64,000 bases of DNA from NCBI GenBank assembly GCA_002429485.1, contig DIZX01000015.1:187073-251072 (forward strand), written 5' to 3'. The first letter of the stretch is position 1. Each line of letters begins with the position of its first letter. Below, in pieces: positions 28,877 through 38,766 of the stretch. The notes beneath the pieces are model-generated. The model ran no database searches, was not told where the DNA came from, and saw only the letters and a program-made list of their open reading frames with translations. A program made the translations under genes and the position numbers. The DNA is from Patescibacteria group bacterium UBA6017 (GTDB lineage Bacteria > Patescibacteriota > Saccharimonadia > UBA4664).

Positions 28877-28967
28877 ACGGGCATTGTATCTCAACTCCGT
28901 GCAAATGCGACCTTTTCGAGCGTGGTTGCACCAGCTGGACAATAAATCCACTAGACAAGCAAAATAT

Positions 28968-28981
28968 TAGGTATATACCTA
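28968..28981. promoter_or_regulatory. 14-bp perfect palindrome TAGGTATATACCTA in the divergent intergenic region (candidate operator)
   Basis: Self-complementary AT-rich palindrome between the FemAB paralog (minus) and the hypothetical gene at 29056 (plus). Confidence 0.3.
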
Positions 28982-29055
28982 TATCAGAGCAATTACAAAA
29001 AACGCTAGCACAATCCACTGTTTTATCTGGAGCTCGAGGGGAGCTGTCGTCAATA

Positions 29056-29418
29056 ATGTCCATTGAACCGCAAGCCGTAATGTGTACCGAACTGGAGCAG
29101 GTCGAGGAGCTCCCTCTTGGTCACGATGCAGTCATCGCTGGCTCCCCTCTCGATAGGTGGCTCAGGCGAACCTACACCGATAAAGGCAACGAGTGGCCGC
29201 CCATCATCTGGGTTGTCGACATCACTCGGCTCACCGAGACCGAGCTCACAACCCGATTCAAGAAAATCGGCTGGGACAAAAAGTTCGTCCTCGTTCCACT
29301 GACGAACCCCCACCTGAGAGACTACGCCCTGAACCTAGTCATGAGAGACCACCTCATGACTGTCCGTCGCCGTGGCGCACGTGTTGGCAAAGAGGCTCCT
29401 GTAGCCTCGGGCAGCTAA
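29056..29418 (+). CDS. hypothetical protein (120 aa)
   Basis: Clean ORF; no recognisable domain. Confidence 0.4.
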   Translation: MSIEPQAVMCTELEQVEELPLGHDAVIAGSPLDRWLRRTYTDKGNEWPPIIWVVDITRLTETELTTRFKKIGWDKKFVLVPLTNPHLRDYALNLVMRDHLMTVRRRGARVGKEAPVASGS

Positions 29419-29796
29419 CAACGCTCAACTCCAGCCCAATCCGTTGTTTCCTCTAGTTACAAAGGAGCAAGTCATAGACGAGCAAGACATCAGTCTGGAA
29501 CCGAACGCCGAACTGATGGCAGCAAATATGACCTGTTGGCCAAGCACCGGCTGCAAATGCGACATTTGTTGCCACAAGGGCACGCTTGAGATAAAAACGG
29601 TCCCCTCGAAGTAGATCGGACCCAACCCAACAACCCTCGCCTAGGGGCGGCCACAGATTCGAATAATGAATCGCCGGCCGCCCCACCGAGAGTCGGAATA
29701 CATCACTCTAACCGAGTCCACAAGACTCGAGCTTTACACCCTACGTGAAGCCCGAGTCTTTCGCATTTCTAGGCCAACTGAGGTAGAATCAACCAC

Positions 29797-30825
29797 ATGT
29801 TAATCCTCGGACTCGAAACATCCTGCGATGAAACCGCCGCCGCCGTGGTCAAAGACGGCCGGCACGTATTGTCGAATATCGTCGCCTCCCAAATCGATAT
29901 CCATGCGCAGTACGGCGGCGTAGTGCCCGAAATTGCCGCCCGCAGCCATATCGAGGTCATCCTGCCCGTCATCAACGAGGCCCTCTCGACCGCCGGCGTC
30001 ACTTGGGATGATATCGACGGCATCGCCGTCACGGCCGGTCCGGGACTCTTCGGCAGCCTGCTCATCGGCACCCTCACCGCCCGCACCATTGCCCACATTC
30101 GCCACAAGCCCCTCTACGCCGTCAATCACGTGGTAGCGCACACTTTCGCCAACATGCTCATCGATCCCCAACCCGAATTTCCCCTCCTGGCCCTGTCAGT
30201 ATCCGGTGGCCACTCCCACCTGCTATTATTCGAATCCCCGCTCAAATACCGCCTCCTCGGCCGCACCCGCGACGACGCCGGCGGCGAAGCCTTCGACAAG
30301 GTCGCCAAAATGATGGGCCTACCCTACCCGGGCGGCGTCAGCATCGATAAGCTTGCCCCAGAAGGCGACGACCGCGCCTACAAACTCCCCATCTCCCGCC
30401 TCGACGGTACCCTAGATTTCAGCTTCTCCGGACTCAAAACCGCCGTATTGCGCACCCTCCAAACCGAAATCGGCGGCGATTTCCGCACCCACTCCAGTGA
30501 ACTCCCCGGGCGCCTCACCGACACCCAAATCAAAAACATGGCCGCCAGCTTCCAGCGCACCATCTATGAGACTCTCGTCGGTCAGCTGCTTCGCGCCTAC
30601 AACCAATATCATCCCAAATCCGTTGTGATTGCCGGCGGCGTATCTGCCAGTCGTCGTCTCCGCGCCGAGGTCTCGCGCCAAATCCCCCTTGAAATGAACT
30701 ACGCCCCCATGCAACTGTGCACCGACAACGGTGCCATGATTGCCGCTATGGGCTACGAATTGGCCAAAGCCAAACTGACCACCAACCCCCTCGAACTCAA
30801 AACCGACCCCAGCCTGGCGATTTAG
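29797..30825 (+). CDS. tsaD: tRNA N6-adenosine threonylcarbamoyltransferase TsaD (Kae1/Gcp)
   Basis: MLILGLETSCDETAAAVV...GGVVPEIAARSH... Confidence 0.95.
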   Translation: MLILGLETSCDETAAAVVKDGRHVLSNIVASQIDIHAQYGGVVPEIAARSHIEVILPVINEALSTAGVTWDDIDGIAVTAGPGLFGSLLIGTLTARTIAHIRHKPLYAVNHVVAHTFANMLIDPQPEFPLLALSVSGGHSHLLLFESPLKYRLLGRTRDDAGGEAFDKVAKMMGLPYPGGVSIDKLAPEGDDRAYKLPISRLDGTLDFSFSGLKTAVLRTLQTEIGGDFRTHSSELPGRLTDTQIKNMAASFQRTIYETLVGQLLRAYNQYHPKSVVIAGGVSASRRLRAEVSRQIPLEMNYAPMQLCTDNGAMIAAMGYELAKAKLTTNPLELKTDPSLAI

Positions 30826-31392
30826 TTAGAGCTTCACCGCCCCTTGCCGATACACCGTAATCGCACCGTCATCCTCCACCCCGATGATCGTCGACGGCGC
30901 ACGTCCCGACAAATCACCTCCATCCACGTAGAAGTCCACCTTATTCTCGAAATAATCCTGGGCCTCACTCAGATTCACTGCCCCGGGCTCTCCCGGACGA
31001 TTTGCGCTCGTAGTCACCAATGGACCCGTTTGCTCCAATACCTTCCGTAATCCCTCATCCGCCACCACCCGAAAAGCCTGGCGGCCGGTATCCTGATGCA
31101 AATAACCCAGCTCATCCCCCAGCGGCATCTCCACGCTCAACGGACCCGGCCACCACTGCTCGACGCGACTCAAATACCGCTCCTGTAAGCCTAAATCTAA
31201 CAATTGCTGCACGCTGGCCGCAACCACCGTTCCCGGTTTGTGAGTACGCTGCTTTAAGCCGTAAAACCGCTCCACCGCCGCTTTATCCGCGGCGCGCGCC
31301 ACCAGCCCGTAGACCGTATCCGTCGGCATCACTCCCACCCCACCGTCTTGGAGGACAGTAATTACGTCATCGTAGCTATTCGAGGTCATCAT
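30826..31392 (-). CDS. tsaC: L-threonylcarbamoyladenylate synthase TsaC (YrdC/Sua5 domain)
   Basis: GGVGVMPTDTVYGLVARAADKAAVERFYGLKQR; convergent with tsaD, 0-nt gap. Confidence 0.85.
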   Translation of the reverse strand: MMTSNSYDDVITVLQDGGVGVMPTDTVYGLVARAADKAAVERFYGLKQRTHKPGTVVAASVQQLLDLGLQERYLSRVEQWWPGPLSVEMPLGDELGYLHQDTGRQAFRVVADEGLRKVLEQTGPLVTTSANRPGEPGAVNLSEAQDYFENKVDFYVDGGDLSGRAPSTIIGVEDDGAITVYRQGAVKL

Positions 31393-31579
31393 CGGCTCAG
31401 TATACGCTTGACCTAGGCTGCCGAAAAGCGTATTTTCCTCATATGCAACTGCAAAAAGTAATGATTATTGAGCTGATTATCCCCTCGCACTCCGCGCGGC
31501 TCTAGTTGTTGATCACAAAAACAAGCTCCAGCCCCGCGCCAATCGCGGGGCTTTCTAGTTCATAACGAAAGGATCTGCC

Positions 31580-32014
31580 ATGTCTACACCACACCCTCAA
31601 TCGCCCGCTCCTGAGACCGCTTACGGCCCCTACTCCCCCATTACCCGGGCGGGTGAACTTTTCTTCGTTTCAGGACAAGTTGGCATCGACCCTGCTAATA
31701 AAACCGCTCCACTTACTATCGAACAGCAAACAGCGCAGGCCATGGCTAATCTGAGCCAAGTTCTCGAAACCGCAGGCCTAACCCTTGATAATGTCGTAAA
31801 AACCACCGTCTTTCTTACCGACATGTCAGACTTTTCAGCTATGAATACCGAATATCTACGCCATTTCGATGTCCCGCGCCCTGCCCGCAGCACCGTCGGT
31901 GTTGCCGAGCTGCCCCGCCTCGGCGGCGACGTACCGTTGTTTGTCGAAATCGAAGCCATAGCCAGCACCACGGCCGCACCAAACCTCAACAGTCAGGACC
32001 TCCCCAATGCCTAG
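31580..32014 (+). CDS. ridA: RidA-family reactive-intermediate (enamine/imine) deaminase
   Basis: YjgF/chorismate-mutase-like pattern ...VKTTVFLTDMSDF...VGVAELPRLGGDVPLFVEIEAIA; overlaps ilvA by 8 nt. Confidence 0.85.
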   Translation: MSTPHPQSPAPETAYGPYSPITRAGELFFVSGQVGIDPANKTAPLTIEQQTAQAMANLSQVLETAGLTLDNVVKTTVFLTDMSDFSAMNTEYLRHFDVPRPARSTVGVAELPRLGGDVPLFVEIEAIASTTAAPNLNSQDLPNA

Positions 32015-33539
32015 CCATACCCACACCCTAGATCTGCAAAGCGCCGTCAGCGACACCCTTCTAGCCAACGTCTACGATGTCGCCATCAAAACCCCGCTCG
32101 AATCCGCCGGCAAACTCAGTGCGCGCCTAAATAGTCGGGTCTACCTCAAACGCGAAGATCTCCAACCGGTCCATTCCTTCAAGCTCCGCGGCGCCTACAA
32201 CAAAATAGTCCACCTATCAGACGAGGAGCGCGCCCGCGGCGTTATCACCGCCAGCGCCGGCAATCACGCCCAAGGAGTGGCTCTGGCAGGTCAGAAGCTC
32301 GGCCTCTCCGCCCTCATTGTCATGCCCCGCACCACCCCCGAAATCAAGATCGACGCCGTGCGCTCTTACGGTGCCGAAGTTGAGCTTGCCGGCGACAGCT
32401 ATTCCGACGCCGCCGCTCATAGCCACACCCGCGCCGTTCAAACTGGCCGCACCTACGTCCACCCCTTCGACGACCCGCTCGTCATCGCCGGCCAAGGCAC
32501 CATCGGGCGTGAGATTCTGGATCAACTGCCAAAAACTACCCACATCTTCGTCCCGGTTGGCGGCGGCGGCCTCATCTCCGGTATCGCCCAATACGTGAAG
32601 GCGCTGCGCCCAGACATCCAGATCATCGCCGTCGAACCCGAAGACAGTAACGTCCTCCAGGCCTCCCTCGATGCCGGCGAACGCGTCATCCTACCCCACG
32701 TCGGCATCTTTGCCGACGGCGTCGCCGTCAAGCAGCTCGGAACCACCACCTTCGACATCTGCCGCGAGCTGGTGGATGAGTGCCTCACCGTCTCCACCGA
32801 CGAACTCTGCGCCGCCATAAAGGCCGTCTACGAGGACACTCGCAGTATCGTGGAGCCCTCCGGCGCCCTGGCTGTCGCCGGTATCACCAAGTACGCCGCC
32901 GATCACGACCTGAAAGATGCGCGTCCTGTGGCCATCTGTTCCGGCGCCAATCTCACCTTCGAACGCCTGCAGTTCATCGCCGAACGCACCCTCCTAGGTA
33001 GTGGCAAAGAGGCCTTATTTACGGTCGAAATGCCAGAAAAACCCGGCGCCCTCCAGTATTTCTGCCAAGAAGTCGTCAACGGCCACAACATCACCCAGTT
33101 TGCCTACCGTCTCCACGACCGTGCCAAAGCTCACGTGTTCGTCGGCATCAATATCGCAGACGCCAAAGACAAAGCTGCCTTCATGGCCAAAATGACCAAA
33201 AACAGCTACAAATTCACTGACCTTTCCCTTGACGATGCCGCAAAAGAGCATCTACGCCACATGGTCGGCGGCCCAGCCCCAGAGGCCAAGTCTGAACTCC
33301 TTTACGAGATCAACTTCCCTGAAAGACCCGGCGCCCTCGGTGACTTCCTGGCCCACGTCAACAATGCCTACAACATCAGCCTCTTCCACTACCGTGGTAT
33401 GGGCGGCGACACCGGCCACGTACTCATCGGCTTCGAAACCGACGATGCCGCCATCCTCGAAGCCAAGCTCGCCCCATCCTACGACTTCACGCGCATCACG
33501 TCGCAAGCCGCCCAGGTGTTCCTGGGAATGCATAGCTAA
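32007..33539 (+). CDS. ilvA: biosynthetic threonine ammonia-lyase (threonine dehydratase) with tandem C-terminal regulatory domains
   Basis: PLP-Lys motif HSFKLRGAYNK, GGGGLISG; 510 aa. Confidence 0.9.
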   Translation: MPSHTHTLDLQSAVSDTLLANVYDVAIKTPLESAGKLSARLNSRVYLKREDLQPVHSFKLRGAYNKIVHLSDEERARGVITASAGNHAQGVALAGQKLGLSALIVMPRTTPEIKIDAVRSYGAEVELAGDSYSDAAAHSHTRAVQTGRTYVHPFDDPLVIAGQGTIGREILDQLPKTTHIFVPVGGGGLISGIAQYVKALRPDIQIIAVEPEDSNVLQASLDAGERVILPHVGIFADGVAVKQLGTTTFDICRELVDECLTVSTDELCAAIKAVYEDTRSIVEPSGALAVAGITKYAADHDLKDARPVAICSGANLTFERLQFIAERTLLGSGKEALFTVEMPEKPGALQYFCQEVVNGHNITQFAYRLHDRAKAHVFVGINIADAKDKAAFMAKMTKNSYKFTDLSLDDAAKEHLRHMVGGPAPEAKSELLYEINFPERPGALGDFLAHVNNAYNISLFHYRGMGGDTGHVLIGFETDDAAILEAKLAPSYDFTRITSQAAQVFLGMHS

Positions 33540-33710
33540 AGGCAATAGTTGACAAACACGACATTATAGCGTAGAGTATATAACCATGATTATCGATTTT
33601 TGATAATCTGAACACCCTTGAAATCTTGTGCTTCAAAAATCACCGGCTCAATGCTGGTGATTTCTCGCGAACACCCGTCCGCGAGCCACCACCACGCCCT
33701 GGAGGTCAGC

Positions 33711-34577
33711 ATGACGCTCTACGTAGCAGTCGATTGTGGCGGAACCAAGTTGGCCTTCGCGGCCTACCGCAGCCTCACCGACCAGATCCCCATCTGCCCC
33801 GGCTTTACTATCACGACCTCCGGCAACTACGCCGAAGACCTTGAGTCGCTCAAAACCGGCATCAAGCGTGCAGCGATCGAAGCCGGTTACTCACCCAAAG
33901 ACATCACCGCCATCGGCATCACCTTGCCGGGCCGCCTCAACGCAGCCCGGACGATGCTCGAAGCAGCTGGCAACGTCACGGAGTGGGTCGACAAGGAGAT
34001 CTTCCGCGATCTCCAGTCGGCCTTCGGGTGCCACATGATCCTCGGCAACGACGGCGAAGGCCAGGCCCTGGCCGAAGCCATCCTCAACCCCGAGCTCGCC
34101 GGTAAAGAGCTCCTGCTGGTTGCCCCCGGCACCGGCATTGCCATTGCTCGCATTCACGATGTGGACGGCAGAATGGTGTCCATGGCCACCGAAGGCGCCC
34201 ACCAGATCATCAACCCGCTTGGCTCCACGCCACGTATGTGCGGCTGCGGGCACAACAACTGCTGGGAAAGCTACGCGAGTGGCGACGGCATCGAGAAACG
34301 CTACGGCAAGCCCGCCTCCGAGCTCACGCTCGAAGAGTGGGACGAAGTCGCCTTCTGGATGGAAGTTGGCATCGCCAACTGCCTCAGTCTGCACATGGTT
34401 CCCATCGTGGTTCTGGGTGGCGGCGTCATCGCCGGCCAGACCCACCTAGTGGCCAATCTCGCCAAGCGTCTTGGCTCACGCCGCATGAACACACCCTCTC
34501 CAGACGTGATCCAGTCCGGATTCGGCGAACGAGCCGGCACCCTCGGTGCCCTCGCCATGTTGACGCTGGCGGCCTAG
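33711..34577 (+). CDS. ROK-family sugar kinase (glucokinase-like)
   Basis: VAVDCGGTK ATP motif, ROK zinc motif CGCGHNNCWESYASG. GGAGG lies 5 nt before ATG 33711; the tracked ORF begins earlier at 33618. Confidence 0.8.
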   Translation: MTLYVAVDCGGTKLAFAAYRSLTDQIPICPGFTITTSGNYAEDLESLKTGIKRAAIEAGYSPKDITAIGITLPGRLNAARTMLEAAGNVTEWVDKEIFRDLQSAFGCHMILGNDGEGQALAEAILNPELAGKELLLVAPGTGIAIARIHDVDGRMVSMATEGAHQIINPLGSTPRMCGCGHNNCWESYASGDGIEKRYGKPASELTLEEWDEVAFWMEVGIANCLSLHMVPIVVLGGGVIAGQTHLVANLAKRLGSRRMNTPSPDVIQSGFGERAGTLGALAMLTLAA

Positions 34578-34819
34578 TCACCAGAAGCATCACAAGAAGC
34601 ACAGTTCAAGGGCAGCGCGCGGGCAACCCCCGCGCGCTCCACCCCCTAGTTAATTAGCAAGAAAGTTAATTACCTGAGGAGCGGAAAAGCCAATTATTGC
34701 GCTTAACCTACCCAAACCGAGCCCAAACCGCTACACTTGGCCACATGATGCGCTTGCGTTTACCAAAACGCCGGCAAAATCTCTCACCACATAACGACAA
34801 CGTTTGAGAGGACAACCCT

Positions 34820-37414
34820 ATGAGCCGCGAGCTCGACAAAGCCTACGATCCATCCAAATACGAATCCGCCATTTACGCCAAGTGGGAGTCTTCCGGCGCC
34901 TTCAAGCCTAATCCCAAGGCTACCAAAGCCCCCTTTACCATCATCATGCCGCCCCCCAACGCCAACGGCGACCTCCACCTCGGCCACGCCATGTTCGTCA
35001 TCGAAGACATCATGACCCGGTACCGCCGTATGCAGGGCCACCCCACCCTCTGGCTCCCCGGCACCGACCACGCCGGTATTGAGACTCAGGTAGTCTTCGA
35101 GCGCCAGCTCGCCAAAGAGGGCAAGTCACGCTTCGACTTCACCCCTTCCGAGTTCTACGACGCCGTCATGAAGTACACCCGCGCCAACCAGCACAACATC
35201 ATCAACCAACTCCGCTCCCTCGGCTTCTCCGCCGACTGGTCCCGCCTCAAATTTACCCTCGACGACGATATCACGTCGATCGTCTATGACACCTTCATCC
35301 AGATGCACGCCGACGGCCTAGTCTACCGCGCCAACCGCATTGTCAACTGGTGCCCACGCTGCAACGCCGCCTTCGCGGACATCGAAATCAGGCACCGCGA
35401 CCAGATCGACCCACTATACTACATCAAGTACGGCCCCTTCGTGCTCGCCACCGTCCGCCCCGAAACCAAGTTCGGCGACACCGCCATCGCCGTCAATCCC
35501 AAAGACGTGCGCTACACCCAGTACGTTGGCAAGGCGATCGAGGCCGAAAGCGTCCTCGGCCACAAATTCCAGATCCAGGTCATCGCCGACAATCACGTCG
35601 ACCCCGCATTCGGCACCGGCGCAGTTAAAGTCACCCCTGCCCACGACCCCAACGACTGGGAAATGGGCCTACGCCACCACCTTCCGGTCGTACCCGTCAT
35701 AGGCACCGACGGCCGCCTCCTCGAAATCGCCGGCAAATACGCCGGCATGCCCGCCGCCGAAGCCCGCGTCGCCGTCGCCGCCGACATGGAAACCAAAGGC
35801 CTCATGGATCACATCGACCTAAGCTACTCCCACTCCATTGCCTACCATGACCGCTGCGGCACCCCCATCGAACCCCTCGTCACCGAACAATGGTGGCTAA
35901 GTGTCGATAAACTCAAAACCGCCGCCATTACGGCCGTCAAATCCAGCGAAATCAAGATTATCCCTGCTCGCTTCGAGAAAGTCTACATCGAATGGCTCGA
36001 AAACTTGCGTGACTGGAATATCTCCCGCCAAATCTGGTGGGGCATCCGCATTCCCGTGTACTACCGCGTAGGCAACTCAGCCGCCGGCAACGCCGACACC
36101 ACCAAAACCCCCTACCTCATTGCCAAGACCGAAGCCGAAGCCCGCGAATACTACGGTGAAGGCAACTACGAAGCCGAGACCGACACCTTCGACACCTGGT
36201 TCAGTTCCAGCCAATGGCCCTTTGCCACCCTCGGCTACCCCGACGGCCCCGATTTCCAGCAGTTCTACCCCACCACCGTCATGGAAACCGGCCGCGACAT
36301 CCTCTTCCAGTGGGTCTCCCGCATGGTCATGCTCGGCCTCTACCGCACCGGCCAAGTCCCCTTCCGCACCGTCTACCTCCACGGCATGATCAACGACGAA
36401 CACGGCAAGAAAATGAGCAAATCCAAGGGCAATGTAATCAACCCGCTCAAAATGACCGAGAAGTACGGCACCGACGCCCTGCGCCTGGCGCTCACCATCG
36501 GCATCACCCCCGGCAACGACGGCGCTCTCTCCGAAGCCAAAATCGAAGGCTACCGCAACTTCAACAACAAACTCTGGAACGTCGCGCGCTTCATCCTCGG
36601 CCAGCTCCCCGACGACTACTCCCCCGCCATCCCTGAGCTCCGCTCCCCCGCCGACCACTGGCTCATGTCGAGGCTAAATACCGCCGTTACCGACGTCACT
36701 GGGGCCATCAAAGACTACCGCTTCTCCGATGCCGGCCAACAGATCTACAGCCTGCTCTGGGACGACTTCGCCGACTGGTACCTCGAAGCCTCCAAGTCCT
36801 CCCCCAACCACGACCTCCTCGTGCATGCCCTAGAAACTATTCTCACGCTCGTCCACCCCATCGCCCCCTTCGTTTCCGAAGCTATCTGGGGCGAGCTCCC
36901 CGGCAGGTCCAGCCAGCTCATCACTACAGCCTGGCCCGTAGTAGACACTACAAGAACAAAAACTGTACTATCTGTTGATCAGATACGGGAATTTGATGAA
37001 GTCGTCGCCATTGTCCGCGAAATTCGCACTACCCGCGCCGAGCTGGGTCTCGACAAAGTTACCGCGGTCTACGCATCCGGTGACATGTGGAGCCTCAACG
37101 GCGATCTCATCGCTCGCTTAGCCCGCAATCTGACCATCGAATCCAGGAATGAATCGAACGGATTACTTATCCATAGCTCGTCGACCAAAGCTTGGCTCGA
37201 AGCCGACCAGAAGGCCATTGCCCAAACCATCCATCGGCTCCATAAACAGCTCGACGAAAAACGCGCCCACCTGGCCAGCCTCGAGGCCAAGCTCAGCAAC
37301 GCCAAGTACGTGCAGTCCGCCCCGGCCAAGCTAGTGGGGGAGACCCGTACTCTTCACGCCGAAACCGTAGCATCTATCACCAAGCTCGATGATCAGCTCG
37401 CCAAGCTCGGCTAA
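34820..37414 (+). CDS. valS: valine--tRNA ligase
   Basis: HIGH motif PPPNANGDLHLGHA, KMSKS motif KMSKSKGN, C-terminal coiled coil; 864 aa. Confidence 0.97.
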   Translation: MSRELDKAYDPSKYESAIYAKWESSGAFKPNPKATKAPFTIIMPPPNANGDLHLGHAMFVIEDIMTRYRRMQGHPTLWLPGTDHAGIETQVVFERQLAKEGKSRFDFTPSEFYDAVMKYTRANQHNIINQLRSLGFSADWSRLKFTLDDDITSIVYDTFIQMHADGLVYRANRIVNWCPRCNAAFADIEIRHRDQIDPLYYIKYGPFVLATVRPETKFGDTAIAVNPKDVRYTQYVGKAIEAESVLGHKFQIQVIADNHVDPAFGTGAVKVTPAHDPNDWEMGLRHHLPVVPVIGTDGRLLEIAGKYAGMPAAEARVAVAADMETKGLMDHIDLSYSHSIAYHDRCGTPIEPLVTEQWWLSVDKLKTAAITAVKSSEIKIIPARFEKVYIEWLENLRDWNISRQIWWGIRIPVYYRVGNSAAGNADTTKTPYLIAKTEAEAREYYGEGNYEAETDTFDTWFSSSQWPFATLGYPDGPDFQQFYPTTVMETGRDILFQWVSRMVMLGLYRTGQVPFRTVYLHGMINDEHGKKMSKSKGNVINPLKMTEKYGTDALRLALTIGITPGNDGALSEAKIEGYRNFNNKLWNVARFILGQLPDDYSPAIPELRSPADHWLMSRLNTAVTDVTGAIKDYRFSDAGQQIYSLLWDDFADWYLEASKSSPNHDLLVHALETILTLVHPIAPFVSEAIWGELPGRSSQLITTAWPVVDTTRTKTVLSVDQIREFDEVVAIVREIRTTRAELGLDKVTAVYASGDMWSLNGDLIARLARNLTIESRNESNGLLIHSSSTKAWLEADQKAIAQTIHRLHKQLDEKRAHLASLEAKLSNAKYVQSAPAKLVGETRTLHAETVASITKLDDQLAKLG

Positions 37415-38739
37415 TTTGGTCGCCTGAGCAGGATCGCCTGAGCATCGGCCGAAGTCACCGTCCAGCCATCAGCCTTCAGATCGCGCACAATTTCAGCGTG
37501 CTTGGGCCGAATCAATACACAGCCGATGTTGTACTGAGCAAAATCGCTATTTCGAGCCCGCACGTCGGTCAGATCTCTCATCCAATTCGCCAGATAATTC
37601 TCGCCCGCGTACTTCCAGGACGGCATGCGGCCGTCGATATAGATTTTTGTCTGCGGCAACTGCCAAATGAGATAGCCGCCAAAATCATAATCATTAAACA
37701 AATTCCCGTGGCAGGGCTGCTCGCGCAGTTGAGCCACCTGGGCGACGGGGGACTGATTGTCGGGATGTGAAATTATCGCCAATACCGGCATCGCCACCAC
37801 TACAAGCGCCAGCGTCGGCACCGCCAATGTTTGCAACCGCGATTTCAAGCTCAAATGACCCCGCAGCCGATCGTATCGCTCGCTCAGCAAGCCCAGGGCC
37901 GCTACTACAAATAGGGGAAACTGGCGCATCGAAGCCAGTGCTGTTATCAGCATCAAGCTCGGAAGTATAAATTTGCGTTGACGCCAGCCGGAAACCGAAC
38001 CAATCCCCAGATACATCACGATAAATAATCCGCTCAGCAGCCCCACCGTCATCGGCCGCCATTCCACTACATTTGTACGTAGATTTGCATCAGACAGCGT
38101 CCGCCATATTTCGACGTACACTCTCGGACCGTACGGATTCACGAATGTCGCCAGTACGCACGCAGCGAATACCCATCGGTACTTCCGGTCACGCACGGCG
38201 GCCGCCAGCAGCACCAACAAACCAATCACAAAACCCCCGTGCAAGTTCGCCCACAAGAGAAACAACGGCACCAGGGGCCAATAAATCTTCTTACTGACCG
38301 CCAGCAGTACCAGAGCAAAAAACAGCGCCGTCCATGCATTCGGCCGGGCCGTAATCGTATCCAGCACCGCCGCCACTCCCACCGCCAATACCGGCCAGCG
38401 GGCAGATCTGGACGCTACCGCCAGCGCCGCCGTCCAGATAGCCGCAAACATTACCGCCACGCCCGCGAATCCACCTACGCCGTACGCCCCCACGATAATA
38501 ATGTCGCTCAGCCATTCGTGGTTAATCCAGGGGAAACCTGCTGCCGTATAAGTGAAAATATCGTGAGCAGGTATACCGTGAGCCAAGATATCTCGCCCCG
38601 ACTGCAAATGCCAGCCAAAGTCAGGATCAAGCCGCACCCAAAACACCGTGAATATTATGCTAAACAGCCCAACGCACGGCAGCACCCAATGCGGTACCCG
38701 TCGCACCCGCACCCTCAAGCCACCCAAGAGTTTCTTCAT
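37411..38739 (-). CDS. polytopic integral membrane protein (about 11 TM), possibly a GT-C-type glycosyltransferase or O-antigen-ligase-like
   Basis: Strongly hydrophobic throughout. Its stop overlaps the valS stop convergently (CTAA). Confidence 0.6.
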   Translation of the reverse strand: MKKLLGGLRVRVRRVPHWVLPCVGLFSIIFTVFWVRLDPDFGWHLQSGRDILAHGIPAHDIFTYTAAGFPWINHEWLSDIIIVGAYGVGGFAGVAVMFAAIWTAALAVASRSARWPVLAVGVAAVLDTITARPNAWTALFFALVLLAVSKKIYWPLVPLFLLWANLHGGFVIGLLVLLAAAVRDRKYRWVFAACVLATFVNPYGPRVYVEIWRTLSDANLRTNVVEWRPMTVGLLSGLFIVMYLGIGSVSGWRQRKFILPSLMLITALASMRQFPLFVVAALGLLSERYDRLRGHLSLKSRLQTLAVPTLALVVVAMPVLAIISHPDNQSPVAQVAQLREQPCHGNLFNDYDFGGYLIWQLPQTKIYIDGRMPSWKYAGENYLANWMRDLTDVRARNSDFAQYNIGCVLIRPKHAEIVRDLKADGWTVTSADAQAILLRRPN

Positions 38740-38766
38740 CCTCTTATGCTACTATCAAATCAAATT

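Noticed and set aside
33887-34558. Minus-strand ORFs within the ROK kinase gene
   Set aside because: They are antisense to a gene with ROK zinc and ATP motifs.
38239-38766. N-terminal 176 codons of tracked ORF 38239..39591
   Set aside because: It is antisense read-through of the polytopic membrane gene, and Arg/His-rich. The TPR-like protein begins at 38767 with its TM anchor.
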